Of a stretch of 64,000 nt of DNA, positions 53,740 through 64,000 are shown in pieces. How positions within the stretch are numbered: position 1 is the stretch's first letter; every line of letters begins with the position of its first letter. Under the pieces are notes generated by a model. The model was not told where the DNA came from. It worked only from the letters and a program-made list of their open reading frames with translations, and ran no database searches. The DNA lies in NCBI RefSeq assembly GCF_001194135.2, contig NC_068989.1:53811793-53875792 (forward strand), given 5' to 3'. The translations under genes were made by a program, and so were the position numbers. The DNA is from Octopus bimaculoides (taxonomy: Eukaryota).

Positions 53740-53895
53740 TCTGTGGTCAGCCAGCAGCGGCGCTGAAGTTGACACAGGAGTTCAATAACAACGCTGCTAG
53801 GAGAAATCGGTAGCCGCCATTATGAAACGTGGGTCGTAGCAACGAGCGCCAAGTGTTTGCGTATTGGCTACAGTACTGTAAACAGCCAATCAACG
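53740..53895. promoter_or_regulatory. Candidate promoter/enhancer (CpG-rich; paired CCAAT boxes, YY1-like and forkhead motifs)
   Basis: GCCGCCATT at 53813-53821. ATTGGCT...AGCCAAT inverted pair at 53863-53890 enclosing the palindrome TACAGTACTGTA. GTAAACA at 53878-53884. Function is inferred only. Confidence 0.4.
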
Positions 53896-54319
53896 TCTGA
53901 TAAACAACTCTATTTTCATTTCACCAATCCTAACATAGATGTGTCAAAATTAATAATTATATAGAAAGAAAGAAAGAAATAAAGAAAGAAAAAAAGAAAT
54001 TAACAAACAAATATACCCAAACACACCCCGTCACATGCATATGTGTAAATTTTTATCGTTTGTGCCCATTCCTAGCTCACTGACACACGCATAAAGACAA
54101 CACAGATGTATGTATGTGTATAAACACACACATATATATACATGTATATATACATACATACACACATTATATATGTGTATATATATATATATATATATGT
54201 ATGTATATATACCTAAATATGCATCTATAGATATTGGTGTTATGCCTGTGTGTTGTGTGTGTACGTGTGTGTTGTGTTTTGTGTGTGGTGTGTGTGTGTG
54301 TGTGTTGTGTTTTGTGTGT

Positions 54320-54408
<89 letters not shown>

Positions 54409-54813
54409 AGGGTCAGTTTGCGTGTTTGTTCTTTCTATTGTCTGTGCAAAGAGATTGTCAATACATTGTCTGACGAGTTTCTGAGAGAGACCACGTGAAA
54501 TCCAGCACGTGAACTGGCAAATGGTAGTGAAGAAAGGAAATATTACTACGGTAACATCAAATAAGCCAAACTAGCAGCCATTTTAAGCATATTTATATAA
54601 CCGTTCTTCAGCTTCGTTCTCATTATGTGAGTCTGTCAGCCTCTTGCTCTCTCTCTTTCACTTTTCTCTTCATATTTCCCTATCTTTCTCTATCAATGGC
54701 TGTCTTTCACTCTTTTTAGCTCACTCGCTGTCTCTCCATTTCTGTTATTTTCTCTAACATTTCCTACTTGTCAAACTTTCTCTATCACACTCTCCTTCTC
54801 ACTTCTCTTTCTC

Positions 54814-54869
<56 letters not shown>

Positions 54870-55202
54870 CATAACCTATCTCTCCTCTCCACACATACAG
54901 ACACACGCCGACTTACTTACGTATATACATACAAATATACATGAGCACACGCAATTTCTTTTTCTCGCTTTTTTGGGGTGTCATCTTTGACATACCAATC
55001 TCTCTTCTACTCTTTTCTTTTCATCCTAAACTCTTTTCTCTTGAATTATCTCTTTGTCTCCGCCTATCTCTTAGTCTGTCAGTCTGCCTATCTTTAAATC
55101 ACAGTTTCCTTCACAGTAGTTAGCTCCTCGAATATGTGTGAGATTGTGTGAGTATATGTATGAATGTATGTATGTGTATATATATATATTTATGTGTGCA
55201 TG

Positions 55203-55252
<50 letters not shown>

Positions 55253-55296
55253 AATCAATCTATCTGTCTCTCTCTCTTTCTCTCTCTCTTTCTCTT

Positions 55297-55328
<32 letters not shown>

Positions 55329-55378
55329 ATTAGAGGCATAAATATACAAACACACACATATATATCAATTGGTGTGTG

Positions 55379-55434
<56 letters not shown>

Positions 55435-55599
55435 TGTGTTTGTGTGTGTGTGTGTGTGTATGTGTGTGTGTGTGTGTGATCAAAGTATACTTCCGCAACG
55501 CCAAGTGAGAGGAAAAGAGACAATAAAAAAGGAGATAGAGAAAGCTAGAGAAACAAAAAGAATTATAGCAGACGACAAAGAAATGGCGAAAGGCGCTAT

Positions 55600-55860
55600 T
55601 ATTGACGTCTATGAAAGTGGAGGGGCGGCTTGTTTGGCAGCAACCGCCCCTCAAAAAAATCAATGTGTTTTCATCGCTACATCACCACATTACTGTATCA
55701 AACAGTGTCAAATATTTTGGTTTGTAACCAAGAATATTTTGAAGACTTGGCACGAAACTTGGCAATGGTTCTTGGCTGCATCCAGCTGTGTGTAAGCTGC
55801 AAAGTTCCCGATCGGCAGCGTCGAAAGGAAATGTTTACAAATGGTTTATATACGCTACCG
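55600..55860 (-). promoter_or_regulatory. Candidate promoter-like cluster (inverted GC boxes, CRE-like site, forkhead site, TATA)
   Basis: TGACGTC at 55603-55609; GAGGGGCGG/CCGCCCCTC at 55620-55652; TGTTTAC at 55832-55838; minus-strand TATATAAA at 55845-55852. Confidence 0.3.
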
Positions 55861-56218
55861 AAGGTCTTGAAGTGTTTATGTTTTCCTATCCAAGCATCGA
55901 AAACTTTCCATCATTCTCCTCTGTTGTTCATTCCACGTTGGGAGTTATTTGTGTGAGGCGCAGCCACGACTACACGCGTGTAAACATGTTTGTCTTTATA
56001 TGGGTGTGCGTTTACACTCACATATTTATGTGTGTATCTGTGTATACATACACGCACACCCAAACGCATGCGCACACACACACACACACGAACGCACATA
56101 CACACATATACACACGCATATATATGCATACAAAATAAAAACCAAAACATGAGTCTATATATGATTCTCTTTTCTTTTTTTATTAATGATCAGCAAAATT
56201 TTCTGAGTGATACAGAGG

Positions 56219-56278
56219 CCGAGAGTTTCTTGCGTTGACACTTATCAACTAATAAGTCTCAACACACAAAACTCTCGG
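56219..56278 (-). ncRNA. Pre-miRNA-like hairpin (candidate only)
   Basis: 27-position stem with a 6-nt loop. On the minus strand it has 23 Watson-Crick pairs, 2 G-U and 2 mismatches. I do not recognise a known miRNA seed family. Confidence 0.25.
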
Positions 56279-56364
56279 TTCTTGAGTCACTCAATAACCT
56301 CTGCCATTTGTTAATAAATGCATGGGTGTGTGTAGGTGTGTGTGTGTGCGTGCGTGCGTGGTGT

Positions 56365-56458
<94 letters not shown>

Positions 56459-57157
56459 TTTGTGCATGCTGTGTACTCATATTAACAATTATATAAATAA
56501 ATGGAAGTATCTGCTCATAGACGTATGTATATACATGTATTATTCACGCATGCATGGTCCCGCAGTTCCATCTAACTGGGAATATTAGGGTCTCATCAAT
56601 TGTCTAGTATTCAAGATACTCTGCGTGATACCCTACTAGTTCAAAGCCTGGAACCTTATCTGATAGGTCCTGCCGATAAGTAAATCCACGCCCTGCTGCC
56701 GACGCTTCAATTTATTGTGGTTAAGGTTTTGTCTGTCTCCTACCCTTTGACTTGTTTGGCCTGGTAAGACCTTCCTGAAGATTTCTTTCCGTCCAGCATA
56801 ACTATCCGAGTCAATGGAGCACACAGGCACTTCACTGCGACAAGGTACTTATTGAATTGGCCGTTGACTACACAGTAGTTCTTCCGCCCTTGGACGGGCG
56901 TTATCTTTCGTCCTGCGGGGTGTCCAACAATCACTCTCGTCACCAAGCAAGCTTGATGGGGTTGCCAGTTTAGTCGCCGGCGACTCGTATACACATACAT
57001 ACATATACANNNNNNNNNNNNNNNNNNNNNNNNNNNNNNNNNNNNNNNNNNNNNNNNNNNNNNNNNNNNNNNNNNNNNNNNNNNNNNNNNNNNNNNNNNN
57101 NNNNNNNNNNNNNNNNNNNNNNNNNNNNNNNNNNNNNNNNNNNNNNNNNNNNNNNNN

Positions 57158-57193
<36 letters not shown>

Positions 57194-58094
57194 GTATATA
57201 TATATGTGTGTGGGTGGGTGTGTTTTATTAATGTGCCAGACGCTAGTATTCGCTTGCCACTAGTGTTGGTACTATCGCTCTCATATTTGCATATATATAT
57301 ATATATATATATATACAGGAAAAGAAAGAGAGAGAGAGAGAGAGAGGGGGGAGAGAGAGAGAATGGTGGCAGGTGGGGTCAGTAGAATGGCACTTGGATA
57401 GAAGCTGAGGTTTTCTCTTCCTGAGGGTCATCTGCATGAGTGTACATGCTGGGAGACCCGAAATACCCAGCGATCTGACGATACAACACTGACGATGGCT
57501 GCAAGTATTATATCGCTAGATGCATGTAAAACTATTACGAGAAGGTTGTGTACATTCAAATGTGGAAAGATATTCATTGCAGTAGGGAAATATTCCTTAT
57601 CAATAACGGGTGTGAAAACAATCCAAACTGAGCTATGATTGATACCATCAAACTACATATGTGTCTCTGTGTTGTTATGCTTTATCAACTACAAGCAGTA
57701 ATAAATTCGTTGCAAATAGCCCACAACGAACAGCAAATAATAAATTTGCTGGTGTGTGCAAAGCGTTGTAATTCTGTTTGTATGATTTTGATTAATTTAT
57801 GTCTGTAATTTTCAGAACATTTGTTGTAGCTTTTAAACACTCAGCATAGCTCTTTATATAAAGGAAAAATACTGCTATATATCATGAGGTAATCATGCTG
57901 CATTTGAAATGGGTATATGAACAGCTGTAATATAATGTGAATATTTACTTATTATTAAAGTGGATTTGTTTTCAAATGTTTTCACTCCTAAGATCATTAT
58001 GTACAATAATATAATGCAGGATAATATTATCATATAATTAGCGACATTATGCTTTCCAAATTATCACATCATATCACGAATTTAATACATTTAA

Positions 58095-58230
58095 GCAGTT
58101 CGTTTCACAAGAACATCTGGTTTTTTGCTACTGCGTGGTACCTTCGGCAAGTTTCTTCTACTGTATCCCCAGAGAGACCAATACAAATGTGAATGAATTT
58201 GGTAGTTGGAAACTGCGTATAAAACCGTTG
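58095..58230 (-). mobile_element. SINE family B, degenerate fragment
   Basis: CTTCGGCAAGTTTCTTCTACT...TTTGGTAGTTGGAAACTG resembles the B mid-region. Confidence 0.5.
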
Positions 58231-58942
58231 TATATGCTTGCATACCTAATACATGCATATATGTCGGCGAATTAAGTAAAAACACAACATTAGGCTACGA
58301 ATATCATCGGGCCGCAGAACGCACGGGTTTCTGCGTCGTTAGCTTTCATCAGTTAAGGACGCCAAATTAGTTGTTCACAGAAACGCATATAGTGGAATCA
58401 AAGGTGTGGGGTGAGAAGAAAAACAGCAGAGGTCTCGTTAAAAAAATGTTCCGTTAAAAAAAAGGAAAAGACAAACACAGAAAGCCATAAAATATTCGAA
58501 TATTAAACAAAATATGTGGATTAGATTCTACATAGGCCTTTGGGGGATGTGGGCTTAGTGAAGAATATATGAACACGAAAGATGTGGTTAATAGACCAGA
58601 AAGCTCAAACTAACCGAGCAATAAGTACCTCATCCCATAAACATACACGTGTAAATTAATTCTGTACGGGTGTATTTTGAAAGATTTTTTTTCTCCTTTC
58701 TAGTAATTTATTTTTCAGTCTTCCTTGAGCAGTTTTTATGGAAATCTTTTGGAAATTTCATCACATATTTACAAACCATTCCACTGTTAAACTAGCTTTT
58801 AACTCTTTACTGACTAGATTTGCAATAAAAAAATTCATATCTTATATGCTTTATATTCAATTTGAATATCGTAAAGTGTTTGGATAGGAATTTGCAATAG
58901 AATTAATATTTTCTTTTGATTATTAAGTTGAGTATAGTAACA

Positions 58943-59160
58943 CACGAAGGAGTGATGAAAAGTTCATGGCTTTGGGTAAAAGAAGATACAGAGGGATCAG
59001 TTAATCATGACTTTACTCAGCATATTCCCCTTTCAGATTCGCACACTTATTGCAGCGGTCCTTCAGTTTTCCGAAGTCCTGTAAAAGAACTGACATTTGG
59101 ACCTCCAACCAGGCCTTTCGCAACATCCTTAAAGCCAGGAAATTTTCAGCACCTTCTCGG
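58943..59160. mobile_element. Mariner-type MITE (about 215 bp)
   Basis: Imperfect TIRs of about 29 bp: CGAAGGAGTGATGAAAAGTTCATGGCTTT and AAAGCCAGGAAATTTTCAGCACCTTCTCG. No coding capacity. Confidence 0.75.
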
Positions 59161-59580
59161 AATTGAAGAAAAACTTTTAACATAAAATTACATTGAAGAT
59201 AGTCTCCAGTTTTGTAACTTCAAGCGAGTAAACTACAATTAAGCAGTTTTAAAACTGATTGAAAACCGTTCTTCAAAAGCATTGTCACTGATCTGTTTTC
59301 AGTTATTTTATAAAGATGCCCTTTGTGTAATTTTTGTGATAACGAGATAATAAGTGAGACTCTACGTAGTGTCTTGAACATCTAGAATAAACTGCAGATT
59401 GCATGCTCTCAAATAAAACACTACCTTGGTACAAGATTAAAAATAAAGAAGGGAGCTAGAAGGAAATATTGGACGATATACTGCGAGATGTACAATATTT
59501 GAAAGAAAAAATTGAAAAGAGAATGGCGACGGCTGGTACACCTTCAGTAATAATCTGCTTAATAAGTATCGACCTGGGGC

Positions 59581-59599
59581 TAATAATAATAAGAATAAT

Positions 59600-59689
<90 letters not shown>

Positions 59690-59787
59690 AAGAAGAAGAA
59701 GAAGAAGAAGAAGAAGAAGAAGAAGAAGAAGAAGAAGAAGAAGAAGAAGAAGAAGAAGAAGAAGAAGAAGAAGAAGAAGAAGAAGAA
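59581..59787. repeat. (TAA)n followed by uninterrupted (GAA)42
   Basis: GAA runs 59662-59787 = 126 nt. Confidence 0.95.
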
Positions 59788-61833
59788 GGCAACAGCTGGT
59801 GTTGTTACTTTCAACTGAAACATTAATGTTTCGAAGAAAAGGCAACCTGTGAGCATGCACCGTATTTGCAGGCGGATAAAACGCATAACGCATATCTATT
59901 TTACAAGTATATTTTATGGACAAAAAAAAAAAAAAAATCTCGTAGGTTTCATCATATACATATACAAAAATATTTTAAAGGGCTTCTGTAGAAGAAAATG
60001 TATTATTCTGTGTATGTAGGTACAATATTTTGAGAACATACTGGAATAAAGAAATTATAAAGTTTTCATAAATAAACTATGTTTTATCGGAGTTCCGTAT
60101 TTCAACTCAGTGCATTTTCTTTTTTTTTCAGATCACTTATATGGTTTTTATAGTTTGGCTAAAAGAATTGTCATACAGGATGCAAAGCTCGTATTTCTGG
60201 CTGTAGTGTTTGGTGTAACAGCCATCGTCCACCAGGGTGGTGCACCACGGCTATGATTTTCCTGTCATCCACTCGCTGCAAAAAGTTGATAAGCGGATTT
60301 GAATTGCAATTCCTTAAATCTTTCTTGGACATTTTTAAAATTTAGGAATAAAAACAGATGTTTCTGAAATGTATCACAGTCATTCAAAGTCAGGCGTGCG
60401 GCACGGTTGCTGGAACCTCCGCATTTACTACCAACGTACTGTAAGTGACTTTTCATGAACTTGTGGTAATAGGTTCTGATTAATTGGCTTCTTTTGAATA
60501 TTCTACTCCGTATGTAACCTCTCATTATTCTGACCCAACAAAATCAAGTACATTTTCTCAGTTCTTTCCACTAACCGACAGCTGCTGCATAACTAGTGTA
60601 GGTCCCTGTGACGACATCAATTTCGCAACTCTTATTCACTTTAATAAACACTCACTAGAAATGAGATAAGAAAACTTCGCTACAACACTATACCGAAAAC
60701 TATCTGTTGTCGTCGCTGAAAGAACAACGAAAAAATGGAACAAAAATATTAGCAAGATGCTGAAAGATGTTTCTGTAAGAACTACATTAACTTGTTAAAG
60801 GAAATTGTATTCTGTTTTACCTCACAAAAGTGGATTGTAGAATTTCAAACCGATCAGTGATTAGCCATCAAGTTTAAGTAATAATGTATCACATATGAAA
60901 ATATCGTCAAATACATTCAATACATTCACACCTTCAAAAAAAAAAAAACCAGAAAAAGACTGAGAAGTACTATAAAGAAAAGCATATGAATTTGGTTTAA
61001 CGTCAAAGGAGAAATGAGTATTTTGAATTAGATGTATGAAAACGTAGTTAAAATGGAATGTAAAGAACTCAGCATCGCCAGAAACAAGTAAACCGTGCGG
61101 GTCGAAATTTACTCTTCAAAGAAAACTGTATATAGTTAAAATGGACATGAAAAGAACACGCTGGTATACTACACGCATATTATGTATGCTACACTCTATT
61201 ATGTAGCTACACTCTATCCTTAGGAGACTCAGAAAATTTATAAGCAAAACTACATATATATATAATATAGAAAATAGCACTACTAGACACTATATACATA
61301 ATACAAGACTTCAACTCAGTGGTGAAAGAGGAAGAAAATAAAACACTGTGCCTATCCTATGCGTGCAGAGATGTTAGGTAGTGCAGTGAAAGCAGAAAAA
61401 TATAAATGATACTAATAAAATAATAAAAATAAGTTAATGTTCTGTGGAGAACAGTAATTTCTAGAATTTCATTCAGTGAAGTATGAAAGTTCAAGGATAC
61501 GATGTAGGATACGAAGTATCCATTCTCAAAACGTCTGTTTCCATCTTGTCAGAAGGCCTATAGCCACCCACGCCCCGCTTTTCTCTTTTTACTATAATCC
61601 TCCATTTCCATTGTTGCAAGTGTGAATGTGTGTGTATGCATATGTGTATGTGTGTGTGTATGTGTGTGTGTGTGCGTGCGTACTGATTTGATTGCTTGTG
61701 GGTCTAGAGGGGATGAACAACTAGAGGGGGCAGTGTATATAGATACAGAAGGAGGAGTAATGGAGTCGAGGAGTAGTATGATGAATGCTATTGGTAGTGG
61801 TTTTAATACGGAAAAACTGGTAAAAAAACAACG

Positions 61834-61885
<52 letters not shown>

Positions 61886-62240
61886 CATGTGTGGGTCTCT
61901 GTGTGTGCATGCATGTATGTATGTATGTATGTATGTATGTATGTATGCTTGTATGTATGGTGTTTTAAAGAGATTTCTGTTGAAAGGAAAAAAACAACAA
62001 CAACGATTTAGCTTTTAAAAAATAAATCTCAGGGATATAAAATAAAATAAAAACAACAACTAACAAATCTTGTAATTGCAACCAGATTAATTTTATGCAA
62101 ATTACGAGATGTATAAGATTAGAAGCTGGTTATATTTCTGTTACATTTTGTCACGTTAGTTAAATGGAATGAAGTGAATGTCTACCAAGTGTTCGTTTGT
62201 TCATTTTGAATTATATATTTTCATGTTTAAATTACAGGGC

Positions 62241-62272
<32 letters not shown>

Positions 62273-62299
62273 ATATATAATCCCCCAAAAGAGAAGAAC

Positions 62300-62472
62300 A
62301 AGCATGAAAAAACAACAACGCGGGGACGTGGTACATGTAATGTATTAGCAGGCACTCAGGAAAGGAAAGAAAGATGGCTTAACGTTTCGAGCAAAGCTCT
62401 TCTTCGGGAATAGAGAGAAGTCCAAAAGAAGGGAAGACGGAGGAAGAAAATCGCCAACGACTCACATGTGGT

Positions 62473-62475
<3 letters not shown>
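62300..62475 (-). mobile_element. Penelope-like terminal repeat fragment
   Basis: TTAACGTTTCGAGCAAAGCTCTTC parallels the terminal motif of the 42218-43646 element (TTTACGTTTCGAGCTTGCGCTCTTC). No coding remnant is present. Confidence 0.6.
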
Positions 62476-62527
<52 letters not shown>

Positions 62528-62689
62528 ACACACATATATGTATCACATATATATATATTATATATATATATGTATATATATACATATACATGTATATATA
62601 TATATAAATACATATATATATATAAACACACATATATACATACTCACACATATATGTGTGTGTATGTGTGTGTGTGTGTATGTGGGATG

Positions 62690-62915
62690 TAAACAAACAA
62701 ATACCGGTTGCCAAGTGGTGGTGAGCGACAAAGACACAAAGGCACACGCATATCGATTTATATATATATTTATATATATAAAGTTTCTGTCTACAAAATC
62801 GATTCATAAGTCTTTGGTTGGCCCAATGAAGACGCTTAGCTAAAGTTCCACGCAGTGGGACTGAACCTTGAACCATATTGTTGAGAATCAAGCTTCTTGC
62901 CACACAGCCATGCCT
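62690..62915 (-). mobile_element. SINE family B
   Basis: CCACGCAGTGGGACTGAACC...AAGCTTCTTGCCACACAGCCATGCCTG. Confidence 0.82.
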
Positions 62916-62965
62916 GCACTTATACATACATACACACACGCACACACACACGCACACACACACAC

Positions 62966-63016
<51 letters not shown>

Positions 63017-63044
63017 AATTCGGTATGTGATGCGTTCCATTACT

Positions 63045-63283
63045 TAATAAATGAAAAAATGTATGGTAATTAAATAAACAAATGACATTATGCATACTGA
63101 GTGTACAAGCAGACGGGAGACAGACTCAGAAGGTCTCTAATTCTTCATGAGTTATCAACCAATTGGTAATACTCAGTTTCGCACGAAGAATTAGGGGCTT
63201 TCTGTGTCTCTCTCCCTTCCGGTTGTACACTCAGTATACGTTATGTCATTTGTTGATTTACCATACATTTTTTTCATTTATTA
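63045..63283. mobile_element. Fold-back element / MITE with arms of about 100 bp
   Basis: Perfect reverse-complement blocks: 63077-63088/63243-63254, 63094-63108/63223-63237 and 63137-63146/63185-63194. The intervening sequence is also mostly paired, and both ends are TA. Confidence 0.75.
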
Positions 63284-63648
63284 TATATATATAAATGGAC
63301 ATTCGATCTGTATGAATGAGCAATCAAATCCTTCTCGAGTCACATATAATACTACGAATGAGTATGGCCATGAGCCATTGCCTAGTCCTAGAAATACTAT
63401 GCATTAAAAAATATGTGTTCTTCTGTGTTGATATGAGACCAATCATAACAACCATTTTGATACCAACACATGGTATATATTTGCATCTAGGTATACTGGG
63501 TCATATATATTTAGTGTTTTAGTGAAGGTCTACTAGCAACTATTAAACCTTATTTAGCTCTTTCCATATCCTAAATACGATATGGAGTCTATTTTTTTCT
63601 TGGAAACGTCTTCGATATCTCTTGAGCATCGATATTTCGTATTGCTTT

Positions 63649-64000
63649 AAGACGGCGAGCTGACAGAATCATTATCGCACCGGATAAGATACTTAGCTAC
63701 AGTTCTTATGACTTTAAGTTCTGAGTTCAAATGCCACCGGGATAGACTTTGCCGTTTATTCTTTCGTACCGATAAAATAAGTACCAGTTGAGTACTGGTG
63801 TTGATGAAATCGACTTGTCTTCTCCTCCGAAATTTCTGGCCTTGTGCCTAAATTTGAGATCAATATTTCCTATTGCTTTAAGGATGTGAGCTGGCAGAAT
63901 CGTTATGGTGTTGGACAAAACGGTTAGCAACACCTTTACGGACTTTTCCCATTCTGAGTAGAAATGTCACCAAGATCCACTTCGCATTTCGTCTTTCTGT
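63649..64000 (+). mobile_element. Two SINE A copies head-to-tail; the second runs off the window
   Basis: Both are preceded by ATATTTC(G/C)TATTGCTTTAAG. Confidence 0.82.

Noticed and set aside
56600-56990. GC-balanced unique-looking segment, possibly a retroelement UTR
   Set aside because: No diagnostic motif or second copy in the window; left unclassified.
58515-58524. TGTGGATTAG (FoxH1-like site overlapping a K50 homeodomain site) as an analogue of the vertebrate Pitx2 asymmetric enhancer
   Set aside because: It is a single occurrence and such 8-mers are common in TG-rich DNA. The vertebrate enhancer has clustered sites, and no cluster was seen here.
59860-59895. CCGTATTTGCAGGCGGATAAAACG resembling a Tc2/pogo-type TIR start
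   Set aside because: No matching opposite TIR or transposase remnant was identified.
60120-60780. Possible plus-strand exons (strong TTTTTCAG acceptor near 60130; ACT|GTAAGT donor near 60440)
   Set aside because: No consistent open frame links acceptor and donor, and no recognisable domain is present.
61178-61220. Tandem duplication of about 18 bp (ATTATGTA(T)GCTACACTCT x2)
   Set aside because: An ordinary slippage duplication. It has two units and no spacers, so it is not CRISPR-like.

Overview
This is animal genomic DNA: AT-rich, saturated with microsatellites and SINEs, with 16 N-gaps. The repeat landscape points to a coleoid cephalopod, most likely Octopus (inferred from repeat families, not proven). 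The only host gene segment I can support is a 209-nt internal exon of Pitx on the minus strand (44072-44280). It encodes homeodomain residues 1-46 with canonical AG/GT splice sites and is absent from the supplied ORF track. I could not find the helix-3/OAR exon or the upstream exon(s), so most or all of the window is probably Pitx intron. The rest is mobile DNA: three tRNA-derived SINE families (many in head-to-tail or dimeric arrays), 3' ends of at least two lineages of R4/Dong-type retrotransposons in (TAA)n arrays, an internally deleted Penelope-like element, an RTE-type LINE 3' end, a Helentron-associated (HINE/DINE-1-like) element, a mariner-type MITE and several long fold-back elements. 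There is also an exact 250-bp direct repeat, a pre-miRNA-like hairpin and two promoter/enhancer-like motif clusters. Nearly all other ORFs in the track are microsatellite or gap artefacts. No CRISPR array, rRNA or intact tRNA gene was seen.
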